Positions 1 through 8,706 of a stretch of DNA of 64,000 nucleotides are shown here, one piece after another. The DNA comes from Dehalococcoidia bacterium (GTDB lineage: Bacteria > Chloroflexota > Dehalococcoidia > Lucifugimonadales > UBA3495): the NCBI GenBank assembly GCA_965249065.1, contig CBDFLG010000001.1:1286646-1350645 (forward strand), read 5' to 3'. The stretch's first letter is position 1, and every line of letters starts with the position of its first letter. The position numbers were made by a program, and so were the translations under genes. The notes under the pieces are model-generated. The model did no database searches and was not told the origin of the DNA. It was given only the letters and a program-made list of their open reading frames with translations.

Positions 1-1111
1 CGTGGCTGCCGACGTTGACGAACCATTGCATACTGATGAGCGGCTCGACCACCGTGGCGCAGCGCTGGCAGTGGCCTACGGAGTGGCTGTGCGCTTCCAC
101 CTTCTCCAGCGCGCCCAGCGATTCCAGCTCGGCTACGACGCGGCGGCGGGCCTCGAAGCGCTCCACCCCGGCGTACTTGCCGGCCACCTCGGTCATATTG
201 CCGTCTTCGCCGATGACGTTGGGGGCGTCCAGCCGGTGGCGCTGGCCCACCTCGAAGTCCACCGGGTCGTGGGCTGGCGTGACCTTCAGGGCGCCGGTGC
301 CGAACTCCGGGTCAATGGCCTCGTCGCCTACCACCGGAATGGCGCGGCCCGTGATAGGCAGGACAACGTTGCGGCCCCGGATGCCGTCGTAGCGCGGGTC
401 ATCGGGATACACCGCGACGCCGGTGTCGCCCAGCATTGTCTCCGGGCGGGTTGTGGCGACGGTGACCGCCTTGTCCGGGTCGTCTTCCAGCGGGTAGCGG
501 ATGTAGTAAAGCTGGCCGTCCACGTCCTGGTAGTCAACTTCCAGGTCGGAAAGGGCGGTGGCGCAGCGCACGCAGCGGTTGATGATGCGCTCGTGGCGAT
601 AAATCAGTCCCTTGTTGTACAGGCTGACAAAAGTGGTGCGGACGGCATGGCTGGGGTCGGGGTCGAGGGTGAACTTGTGGCGCTGCCAGTCGGCGGAGAT
701 GCCCAGTCGCCTCGATTGTTCGTGGATGATGCCGCCGGACTTTTCGACGTGTTCCCAGACCCGCTCGACGAAGGCTTCGCGGCCCATTTCGTGTCGGCTG
801 ATGCCTTCGTCTTGTATCTGCCGCTCGACCACCCACTGGGTGGCGATGCCGGCGTGGTCGGTGCCAGGCAGCCACAGAGTCGGCGTACCGGTCATGCGCC
901 GGTAGCGAATCAGCGCGTCCTCCAGCGCCTTCTCCAGCGCGTGCCCCAAGTGCAGCTCGCCGGTGACGTTGGGCGGCGGCATGATAATGACGTAGGGTTT
1001 CTCGCCTGACTTCGGGGTGGCATGGAAGTAGCCGTTGTCCAGCCAATTCTGGTAAATGCGCCGCTCTACCCCGGCGGGGTCGTAAGCCCGTGGCATCTGG
1101 CCGGAAGTCAT
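1..1111 (-). CDS. valS: valine--tRNA ligase, N-terminal ~370 codons (the rest lies beyond the window start)
   Basis: Not in the ORF track because it runs off the window edge. The reverse frame from ATG 1111..1109 reads MTSGQMPRAYDPAGVERRIYQNWLDNGYFHATPKSGEKPYVIIMPPPNVTGELHLGHALE...TRPETMLGDTGVAVYPDDPRY...GTGALKVTPAHDP. This shows the class I HIGH motif and ValRS-type signatures. Listed ORFs 2..1009(+) and 534..1121(-) are off-frame shadows. Confidence 0.9.
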   Translation of the reverse strand, partial: MTSGQMPRAYDPAGVERRIYQNWLDNGYFHATPKSGEKPYVIIMPPPNVTGELHLGHALEKALEDALIRYRRMTGTPTLWLPGTDHAGIATQWVVERQIQDEGISRHEMGREAFVERVWEHVEKSGGIIHEQSRRLGISADWQRHKFTLDPDPSHAVRTTFVSLYNKGLIYRHERIINRCVRCATALSDLEVDYQDVDGQLYYIRYPLEDDPDKAVTVATTRPETMLGDTGVAVYPDDPRYDGIRGRNVVLPITGRAIPVVGDEAIDPEFGTGALKVTPAHDPVDFEVGQRHRLDAPNVIGEDGNMTEVAGKYAGVERFEARRRVVAELESLGALEKVEAHSHSVGHCQRCATVVEPLISMQWFVNVGSH

Positions 1112-1296
1112 CGGTAAACACAATCTCCGGGGCCGGTTACTCCGGCGTCAGATAGGGAATGCAACGAAAACCGCCACACAACGGTAGAGGCCAATATACC
1201 ACCGGGAAGCGCAGGGCGTCTATTCAGGAGGCGATTGATGTCAAGGGCAATCGAGGCTTAATTGAATCACCCTTCGGCAAGCTCAGGGCGGCGTCC

Positions 1297-1389
1297 GTCA
1301 TTCCCGCGAAAGCGGGAATCCAGAGCGCCGCCCCTTATGACGGCATACAGCCGACAGGGCTGACAGATTCCCGCGAAAGCGGGAATGAC
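1297..1389. repeat. pair of identical hairpins ATTCCCGC-GAAA-GCGGGAAT (ATTCCC-N8-GGGAAT), REP-like
   Basis: Copies lie at 1300..1319 and 1367..1386. The flanks GTC (5' of copy 1) and GAC (3' of copy 2) extend the pair into a 13-nt inverted repeat, CCGTCATTCCCGC. Both loops are GAAA. Located in the intergenic region upstream of valS. Confidence 0.7.
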
Positions 1390-1535
1390 GGGTTAGAGGG
1401 CAACCAGACTTTAAGACGCGATTGCTCTGGCGGTTGGTGCGAAACTTGTTCACAAATGACGCGCAGGACTCCTGAAGTCCATTTGCACAGGTTGGTTTTC
1501 ATGGCCCCTGACTGGCTGTCTTTTGCGCCAGAATA

Positions 1536-2324
1536 TCAGTATACGGGTTGTTCGGCGGCGGTCTCCCGCAGGGCTTCGAGGCGGCGGATGGCAAGGCGAG
1601 TGTCGGAGGCTACGCGGGCCGGATCCCAGTAGTTGACGCGGTATTTGTGCAGCCAGTAGGTGAACTCTTTGAGGTCGGACAAGGTCAGCCCCTCGCGCTG
1701 GCCCAGCTTGGCGGCGAGGCGGAACTCGCCGAGCAGGTCGGCATGAGAGCGGGTGTACAGATGCCGGAAGGCGTCCTCCACCAGCTCCTCGCTGTCGGAG
1801 TAGCCCCGGGCCAGATGACGCTTGCGGACGGATTCCTCGGCGGCCAGTTGCAACGCTTCTTCCAGCACCACGCCGTAGTGGAAATTCAGATAAGCCCGGT
1901 ACTTACTGGCTCCAAGCAGGTCGCGGAGGTCGTCTTCCTCCATGGGTTCGGGCAGGGATCCATGAAATAGCAGCCGTTCCAAGTCCGTTGGCGGTATGAG
2001 ATCATCCGCTTCTCCACAGAGCCGTTCGGCCAGCAGCAGCCAGTCGAAAGCCTCGCGGCCCACCATGTACTTGTAGCGGCGACCGTTGAGGGTTTCTTCG
2101 GCCTCCCGCCACAGGCCCATTGTTTCCAGCAGCGCCCGGTGCCAAGGAACACCCGCCGCCAACTGCGCCCGGAACCAGCCAATGGCGTCCGGCGGGGACT
2201 GTCCTTCGCCATCCGTCGGGAACGGGCCTGTGTCGTTTGGGTTCTTGGGCGAGGAATCGGACTCGCCGGCCGCCGGAGCGGCTCCGGTGGTATGGGAGGC
2301 CCTGGCGGCCTTCCGGGGCGGCAT
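1536..2324 (-). CDS. hypothetical protein (262 aa), translationally coupled to polX
   Basis: ATG at 2324..2322 overlaps the polX stop (ATGA). The acidic, helical C-terminal two thirds are coding-like. No family recognised. Confidence 0.6.
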   Translation of the reverse strand: MPPRKAARASHTTGAAPAAGESDSSPKNPNDTGPFPTDGEGQSPPDAIGWFRAQLAAGVPWHRALLETMGLWREAEETLNGRRYKYMVGREAFDWLLLAERLCGEADDLIPPTDLERLLFHGSLPEPMEEDDLRDLLGASKYRAYLNFHYGVVLEEALQLAAEESVRKRHLARGYSDSEELVEDAFRHLYTRSHADLLGEFRLAAKLGQREGLTLSDLKEFTYWLHKYRVNYWDPARVASDTRLAIRRLEALRETAAEQPVY

Positions 2325-4105
2325 CAGGCGCTTCCGGTGGCTATGGCAGCGTCGAACACCCCGATGCGCTCGGGCTTGGGCGTGCGGATGAACCGCAGAA
2401 ACTCGTCCAGAGGCAGGGTGTTGAGAATGTGGCGCGGCTCGCACCAGGCCCGGCGTGCCACGGCGACGCCGAACCGGCCGCCCGACAGTTCGGAATGGTG
2501 GTGAGAGTCGGTGCTGATGACCAGCGGGACCCCCAACTCGCGGGCGCGATAGGCGTGGGTGTCTCGCAGGTCGAGACGGGCCGGGGATGCGTTGATTTCC
2601 AGCGCCGTACCGGTGTCCCGCGCTGCCTGCAACACTGCTTCCAGGTCAAACTCCGTCGGTGGACGCTGGCCCAGCAGCCGGGTCGAGAGGTGGCCGATTA
2701 TGGTCACTGACGGGTGTTCCATAGCCCGGATGATGCGGCGCGTCATGGTATCGCGGTCTTGCGACATGGCGTTGTGCACCGACGCCACCACCACATCCAG
2801 TTCGGCCAGCACCTCGTCGGGAAAGTCCATGCGTCCATCGGCGCGGATGTCCACTTCCGAGCCGGCCAGTATACGGATGTCGTACTTTTCTTGCAGTTGG
2901 CGGAGTACCTGCCGCTGGGCGGCCAGCCGCTCTGGGGACAGACCGTTGGCAACGCCCAGCCCCTGCGAGTGGTCGGTCAGAGCCATATATTCGTAGCCCA
3001 GGGCCGCCGCGGTCTCAACCATTGTCTCGATGGAGTCGCTGCCGTCGCTCCATTCGCTGTGCAGGTGCAGGTCGCCGCGCAGGTGGCTGGCTTCTACCAG
3101 TTGCGGCAGGCTGCCCCGCTGCGCCGCGTCCAGCTCCCACATCCCGGAGCGCAGTTCAGGGGGAATCCAAGGCAGCCCCAGGCGGGCGTAGAAGGAAGTC
3201 TCGTCGGCGAAAATCTCCACCTGTCCGGACTCGATGTTGGTGATGCCGTATTCGTTGAGGGACAGGCCCATGCGGTTGGCGAAGTCGCGCAGACGGATGT
3301 TGTGCTGCTGGCTGCCGGTGAAGTATTGGAGCATCGCGCCGATGGATTCGGACTCGCCGGTACGCAGGTCGATTTGCAGGCCTGGCTCTACAATTACGCT
3401 GGTCTTGCGGGGGCCGTTGACCAGCACTTCCCGGACTTCGGGCAGCGCGGCCAAGGAGCGGCCCAACTCCTCGGGCTGCGGGGTGATGGCGACCAAGTCC
3501 ACGTCGCCGATGGTTTCCTCCCAGCGGCGCAGACTGCCGGCTGGCGTGAGCAGCGAAATTGCCGGGTCCTGTCCACGCAGGGCGGCGATGACCGACTCGG
3601 CGGTTGGCATGGCGTCGCCGATGGGAGTGCGTCCGCGGTTCATGCCGCGGGTGGCCCGGATATGGCGCAGAATGTTGTCGGCGGCCTTCTGGCCCATTCG
3701 AGGCAACGAGGCAAGGCGCCCGTCCTGGGCCGCTTGCTCCACGCCCTCGATCGTGCTGATGCCCAGTTCGGAGCCGATCAGGATGGCGGTCTTGGAGCCG
3801 ATGCCGGGAATCGCCATCAATTCCAGCGCTCCCTCGGGCAGTTCGGACTTCACGCGCTCGTAGGTTTGCACCTTCCCGGTGGTCACCAGTTCGTGAATTT
3901 TCTCGCTGATGGCCTTGCCGATGCCAGGTATGCCGGTGAGCTTCTGCCCGTCGTTGACGGCTTGGGATAAAGGAAAGGAAAGCTCGCCGATGGTGCGGGC
4001 CGCCCGCTGGTAGGCGCGAATCTTGAACACAGAATCGCCCTTCATTTCCAGAAGAGCGCCTAGATTCTCGAACAGTTCGGCGATTTCGTCGTTGGTCGGC
4101 TGCAT
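2324..4105 (-). CDS. polX: DNA polymerase X family protein with C-terminal PHP phosphoesterase domain
   Basis: N-terminus MQPTNDEIAELFENLGALLEMKGDSVFKIRAYQRAARTI. HhH motifs GIPGIGKAI and IPGIGSKTA. PHP motifs GDLHLHSEWSDG, ALTDH and STDSH. Start taken at the MQPTN methionine (4105). Confidence 0.9.
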   Translation of the reverse strand: MQPTNDEIAELFENLGALLEMKGDSVFKIRAYQRAARTIGELSFPLSQAVNDGQKLTGIPGIGKAISEKIHELVTTGKVQTYERVKSELPEGALELMAIPGIGSKTAILIGSELGISTIEGVEQAAQDGRLASLPRMGQKAADNILRHIRATRGMNRGRTPIGDAMPTAESVIAALRGQDPAISLLTPAGSLRRWEETIGDVDLVAITPQPEELGRSLAALPEVREVLVNGPRKTSVIVEPGLQIDLRTGESESIGAMLQYFTGSQQHNIRLRDFANRMGLSLNEYGITNIESGQVEIFADETSFYARLGLPWIPPELRSGMWELDAAQRGSLPQLVEASHLRGDLHLHSEWSDGSDSIETMVETAAALGYEYMALTDHSQGLGVANGLSPERLAAQRQVLRQLQEKYDIRILAGSEVDIRADGRMDFPDEVLAELDVVVASVHNAMSQDRDTMTRRIIRAMEHPSVTIIGHLSTRLLGQRPPTEFDLEAVLQAARDTGTALEINASPARLDLRDTHAYRARELGVPLVISTDSHHHSELSGGRFGVAVARRAWCEPRHILNTLPLDEFLRFIRTPKPERIGVFDAAIATGSA

Positions 4106-4285
4106 ATCCCGCCGCTTTCGGGCCGGTTGAGATGGGAAGCACAGGCTTTTCCATCCACACAACTATAAAGCGTCCCCCCGCACTTGTCGAACCGGCACAG
4201 GGCCTTTTCATTCGCTCTCCATCTGAGCCGGGGTGGAGGGGTTACAAGACCTTCCTAACCTTCCTGTGCTGCGCCTGTGTTGCGC

Positions 4286-4627
4286 CTATGTTGCGGCGCG
4301 GTCCCAGCGGAGCGCTTCGAGGCAGCCTTGCTCTTCGGCCTGGGGGAGAAGGCAGCGGATGATTCCGCTGACATCGGGGCGGGTGTTGTTGCGCCGGCAC
4401 CGCTCCAGGTATTTGTGGAGTTCCATGAAGGTGGGGAGGCTGAATCCGGCGAGGGCAATCTTCCGGATGAAGGGATGGGATTCGGGAGCGGGTTTCCGGT
4501 CGGCCTCAGCAACGGACCACTCTTGGGAGAATTCCTCGGCCAGGGGGCGGAGGCGATAGATGGCGAGGGGGATGGCGTATTTGCGGCACAGGGCGTCGAT
4601 GGCGTTTCTAATCTGGCTCAATGACAT
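4286..4627 (-). CDS. hypothetical protein (113 aa), MSLSQIRN... family
   Basis: ATG at 4627. The first 8 codons and the upstream region are repeated at 48039 (see findings). No recognised domain. Confidence 0.5.
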   Translation of the reverse strand: MSLSQIRNAIDALCRKYAIPLAIYRLRPLAEEFSQEWSVAEADRKPAPESHPFIRKIALAGFSLPTFMELHKYLERCRRNNTRPDVSGIIRCLLPQAEEQGCLEALRWDRAAT

Positions 4628-4670
4628 GGCTTCACTTCCCGATGCTGCCTGAGTGGCTGGATTTTTTTCG

Positions 4671-4700
4671 GTTTCCCGGTCATTCCCGGCCATTTCCGGT
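4671..4700. repeat. three phased 10-bp repeats (minus-strand CCGGRAATGR) upstream of the MSLSQIRN gene
   Basis: Plus strand reads gtttcccggt cattcccggc catttccggt. A homologous array of 4.5 units lies at 48091..48137. Confidence 0.7.
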
Positions 4701-5068
4701 CTCTTTTTGTGGGTTCCGCCGCGGGGCCGGGTTGCGGACGGATTTAGGGCGGGACTGGCACGAATTCACTGGCATAACTTCACTGAGACAACTTCACTGG
4801 CATATATGGTAGGGAGGTGTCTCAGGGCTTGGCAAGGGGCAACTGTCAGCAGTTTTAGTTTGAGGTTCAGGGCGGTTGCGACGGAACGGGGCTGTGCTGC
4901 TGGTGGAGGGACGTCCGGCGGGTTAGGGCAGGGAAGGCGGAAGGTTTTCCTGCATGGGGACGCCCTCACCTCCCGCTTTCGTGGGGGCAGGCTCTAACCC
5001 TCTCCCTCCGGGAGAGGGAACTTTCCTCGAGAATGAAAAGGCCTTGGGCGATACCGGCAATTCTCGTC

Positions 5069-5097
5069 TTGACAGCCGCCGCGACGGATTCGATAAT
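5069..5097 (+). promoter_or_regulatory. sigma70-type promoter for tRNA-Phe
   Basis: TTGACA (5069..5074), a 17-nt spacer, then GATAAT (5092..5097). The tRNA 5' end follows 10 nt downstream. Confidence 0.65.
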
Positions 5098-5107
5098 AGA
5101 GGTTCTA

Positions 5108-5180
5108 GCCGAGGTAGCTCAGGTGGTAGAGCACGGCACTGAAAATGCCGGTGTCGACAGTTCGAGTCTGTCCCTCGGCA
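5108..5180 (+). tRNA. tRNA-Phe (anticodon GAA), CCA not encoded
   Basis: GCCGAGG-TA-GCTC-AGGTGGTA-GAGC-A-CGGCA-CTGAAAA-TGCCG-GTGTC-GACAG-TTCGAGT-CTGTC-CCTCGGC-A. Perfect cloverleaf with G18G19 and a TTCGA T-loop. Confidence 0.95.
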
Positions 5181-5421
5181 CCGTTCTCTGTTTTTGTATC
5201 TGAAAAGCACGAAAACAGCCATGATTGACAACATTGGGTGCCTAGTTCTTTCATGAAGTGGCTGTTGCTCGGCCCTATATCGTGTACTGGAGGCCGTTCA
5301 CCTTACTCACAGTAGTTGGCTTTACTGGCAAGAGACTCCATTTGAAAAGCACGGTGGTATGCCGTGCTTTCGGTATTCTTGGGGTGAGAGAGGAGCCGCC
5401 GGTCTCGTTGACAGCTATGTT

Positions 5422-5667
5422 TCAGGCGACAGTCTTGACCCTGCACTCTGCCAGCCAGCTGGCCAAGCGGTACGACTCCGCCGTGCAGGCGGCGAACTCG
5501 CGTACCGGCTGGCGGGAGCAGTCTTCCGGGACCGGTGCGTAGTGGCTGCTGGCTCCCACGCCGGTCCCCGCGGCTTTCAGATTCACTTGCGGCAATGCTG
5601 CCGGCAGCCGGCTCCGGCTTTCCTGGGACACTCTCGCTAGATTTACGCTATTCTTGGGCGCACTCAT
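5422..5667 (-). pseudogene. possible IS110-family transposase N-terminal remnant
   Basis: ...GTGVGASSHYAPVPEDCSRQPVREFAACTAESYRLASWLAECRVKTVA* resembles the IS110-type pattern GIDVGS..H.VAV...QPVREF......L..WL...V.TVAMESTG. It stops just before the MESTG motif. Family assignment is from memory. Confidence 0.3.
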
Positions 5668-6128
5668 CGTCCCTCCGGCATTGCATCGCAGGCGTACCGC
5701 CGGGGGGGCGCCGACACGGCACAATCTATCCAGCGGGAGCGCCCTGGCGAGGGCGTCACCAATGATGCAGCCGTCAGACTCCCAAATCATGCTATTGAAC
5801 GGGCAGGGGCACCAGTGATGACTCGGTCTTGGTCCGGACGGAACGCCTCGCAATAAGCATACGCTTCCGGCCTGGCACGCCAGTTAGCCGCCTTTGAATG
5901 GCCCGGCCACGGGCTTGCCTATGCCATGTAATGAACGGGCACACCATGTTGACGTATATCAACGTTAAGAATACGATGGTGCTGATGCCTGCGATAGCCT
6001 GTCTGTATTGGAACGCAAAAAACCATTAACGCATTCCATCTCGACATGAAGGGGGTGCGATAGGAAACCGTAATCATCAAGGTGTTGCCTGTAAACGACC
6101 GAGGATTATGTATTCAGGAGGAGAAAGA

Positions 6129-7535
6129 ATGGCAGACAAGGATATAGCTTTAATGGCCCACTTGATGCGCCGCGCCGGTTTTGGAGCGACGTATGAAGAG
6201 CTAGAGGCCCGTGCCGCTACGGGCTACGAGGCCACTGTGGAGGAGTTGCTGCACCCGGACACGCAGCCCGCGATCGAGCGCGACGTGTTGATGCGCTATC
6301 AGCCGCAGTGGGTGTCCCAGGCGGGACTGGAGGGACAGCAGGAAGAATGGACCTTCCGGATGATCAATACCAAGCGCCCGTTGGAAGAGAAGATCGCCCT
6401 CTTCTGGCACCAGATATTCTGCACCGGCCACGCCAAGTGTGAATACCCAAGGCAGCAGCAGATTGAGTTCGATATGTTCCGCACCCAGGGAATGGGCGAC
6501 TTCGCCAACCTGCTGATGGGTCTGTCCACCGACCCCGCCATGGTGTTCTACCTGGATAACTGCATGAGCCACAAGGACGCCATCAACGAGAACTGGGGCC
6601 GCGAGCTTCTGGAGCTCTTCTCGATGGGTGTCGGTATGGACGGTCAGGCCAACTATTCCGAGGATGACGTCAAGGAGTGCGCCCGCGCCTTCACCGGCTG
6701 GACGGTGGCCAACTCGGTCCCTAGGTACCCCTACGGCAAGTACGAGGCCGCCTTTATCTACGATCCGTCAGACCACGACTATGGCGAGAAGACCTTCTTG
6801 GGCGAGACCGGCAACTGGAACGGCGAGGACATTGTCAGGATTATCGCCAAGCAGCCCGGTACGGCCAGGTTCATCGCCAGGCACCTGTACAACTTCTTCG
6901 TCGCCGACGAGCCCCAGGTCCCGGCATGGCAGAACACGTCTCCCAGAGACCCCGAGGCCATCAAGATGCTGGAGGACGAGTACTTCCGTTCCAACTACGA
7001 CATCCGCTCGATGCTGCGGGCCCTGTTCAACGCCGACTTCTTCAAGGACGCCCGCTTCACCAAGGTGAAGAGTCCCACCGAGACCGTGGTAGGGACCATG
7101 CGGCTGGTCGGCGACTTCGATCTGCCCAAACCCGGTATGAACGCCATGACCCTGACCATCCGTTACATGGGCCAGGACCTGCTCAACCCTCCGACGGTAG
7201 AGGGCTGGCATACCGGCAGGGAGTGGATCGACAGCGGTACCCTGGTCGAGCGCATCAACTTCACCGCCGACGCCATGGGCAACACCGCCCACCCCGGAGT
7301 CCAGGCCATCATCAACCGCCTGGGTTCCGAGGGAGCCACCATTTCGCCGGAGAGGTTGGTCGACGGCTGCCTGGAAATGCTGGGAGCCTACGAGTTGGCT
7401 GATGTCACCCGCACCGAGTTGGTGTCCCTGGCCCGCAGCGAAGGCGAGTTGCGGACCGGCAACGATGAGTTCGGCAAAAGGGTCAGCCAGATGCTACAGT
7501 CCATCGTGGCCACCACCGAATACCTATTCGCATAA
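6129..7535 (+). CDS. DUF1800 domain-containing protein
   Basis: MADKDIALMAHLMRRAGFGATYEELE... is a typical DUF1800 N-terminus. AGGAGG lies upstream of ATG 6129. Paired with a DUF1501 gene, as is usual. Confidence 0.8.
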   Translation: MADKDIALMAHLMRRAGFGATYEELEARAATGYEATVEELLHPDTQPAIERDVLMRYQPQWVSQAGLEGQQEEWTFRMINTKRPLEEKIALFWHQIFCTGHAKCEYPRQQQIEFDMFRTQGMGDFANLLMGLSTDPAMVFYLDNCMSHKDAINENWGRELLELFSMGVGMDGQANYSEDDVKECARAFTGWTVANSVPRYPYGKYEAAFIYDPSDHDYGEKTFLGETGNWNGEDIVRIIAKQPGTARFIARHLYNFFVADEPQVPAWQNTSPRDPEAIKMLEDEYFRSNYDIRSMLRALFNADFFKDARFTKVKSPTETVVGTMRLVGDFDLPKPGMNAMTLTIRYMGQDLLNPPTVEGWHTGREWIDSGTLVERINFTADAMGNTAHPGVQAIINRLGSEGATISPERLVDGCLEMLGAYELADVTRTELVSLARSEGELRTGNDEFGKRVSQMLQSIVATTEYLFA

Positions 7536-7552
7536 CAGGGAAGGGTAAAGAA

Positions 7553-8686
7553 ATGACATCCACCAAGAAAGACCCGGTGCTGGTGGTCCTCCAGTTGTCA
7601 GGGGGCAACGACGCTCTGAACACGATCATCCCTTACAGCGACCCCTTGTACCTGGACAACCGGCCCAACGTGAGGATCGAGACCGACAGGGTTATTCCCA
7701 TCAACGACCAGATCGGTTTCAACCCGGCGATGACGCCGATGAAGCGCCTGTTCGATGATGGCAAGCTCGCCATCATCCAGGGCGTGGGGTACCCCAGCCC
7801 GAGCCGTTCCCACTTCCGCTCTATGGACATCTGGCACACCTGCGAGCCGGACGAAGTGGGCGACGAGGGCTGGCTGGGCCGGACCGTGCGCGACCTGGAT
7901 CCAGGGAAGGGAAACGTGCTGACCGGCGTCAACTTCGGCAGGGGTCTCCCGAGGTCGCTGGTGGCCCCCGGCGTGCCGATTGCTTCGGTGGGCAACCTGG
8001 AGACCTACGGCGTGCTCACCGGGATCGAGATTGAAGAGCAGCGGACCAAGGCCCTCGACGTGTTCTCCAGGGTCTACTCGCCGATGATCGGCCAGGGCCC
8101 GGTGTTGGACTACCTTGCCCAGACGGGCCTGGACGCCCTGGAGGGGGCTGACATTCTCAGCACGGCCCCCGGTATGTATTCCTCGACCGTGGAATACGGC
8201 AGGGACGACGTTGCTCAATATATGCGCAACATCGCCCAAGTGCATCTGGCGGGTTTGGGCACCAGGGTGCTTTATACCACCGCGCCCTACAACAGCTTCG
8301 ACACCCACGCTGGCGAACTGGCGAACCACACCAAGCTATGGATCGAAACATCCAACGCCGTCGCCGATTTCTACGACGACCTGAAGGAGCACGACGCCGG
8401 AGACAACGTGGTGCTGCTGGTCTTCACCGAGTTCGGACGCAGGGTCCACGACAACGGCTCCGGCACTGACCACGGGTCGGGCGGCGTGGCCTTCGTGGTG
8501 GGCGAGCCGGTCAAAGGCGGCCTCTACGGTGAATATCCCTCGCTGAAGCCGGAAAAGCTGCTGGAGGGAGACCTGCACTTCAACAACGACTTCCGCGGCA
8601 TCTACTCCACTCTCTTGGAGAAATGGATGGGCCTGGATGCCAAGCCCATAGTGAACGGCTCCTTCGAGCAGATGGACTTCATTTAG
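7553..8686 (+). CDS. DUF1501 domain-containing protein (sulfatase-like fold)
   Basis: VVLQLSGGNDALNTIIPY...GVGYPSPSRSHFRSMDIWHT...FTEFGRRV..NGSGTDHG. Confidence 0.8.
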   Translation: MTSTKKDPVLVVLQLSGGNDALNTIIPYSDPLYLDNRPNVRIETDRVIPINDQIGFNPAMTPMKRLFDDGKLAIIQGVGYPSPSRSHFRSMDIWHTCEPDEVGDEGWLGRTVRDLDPGKGNVLTGVNFGRGLPRSLVAPGVPIASVGNLETYGVLTGIEIEEQRTKALDVFSRVYSPMIGQGPVLDYLAQTGLDALEGADILSTAPGMYSSTVEYGRDDVAQYMRNIAQVHLAGLGTRVLYTTAPYNSFDTHAGELANHTKLWIETSNAVADFYDDLKEHDAGDNVVLLVFTEFGRRVHDNGSGTDHGSGGVAFVVGEPVKGGLYGEYPSLKPEKLLEGDLHFNNDFRGIYSTLLEKWMGLDAKPIVNGSFEQMDFI

Positions 8687-8706
8687 TCAGACACTGTGAG
8701 GTGAAC

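Noticed and set aside
2-1009. 335-codon plus-strand ORF, and the 195-codon minus-strand ORF 534..1121
   Set aside because: Both are off-frame or antisense shadows of valS. The third minus-strand frame gives an unmistakable ValRS N-terminus with the HIGH motif.
1112-1535. Possible T-box leader upstream of valS
   Set aside because: I could not find the conserved T-box sequence (AANNNGGGTGGTACCGCG-like) or a specifier/terminator-antiterminator arrangement. Only a short GGTGGTA word is present.
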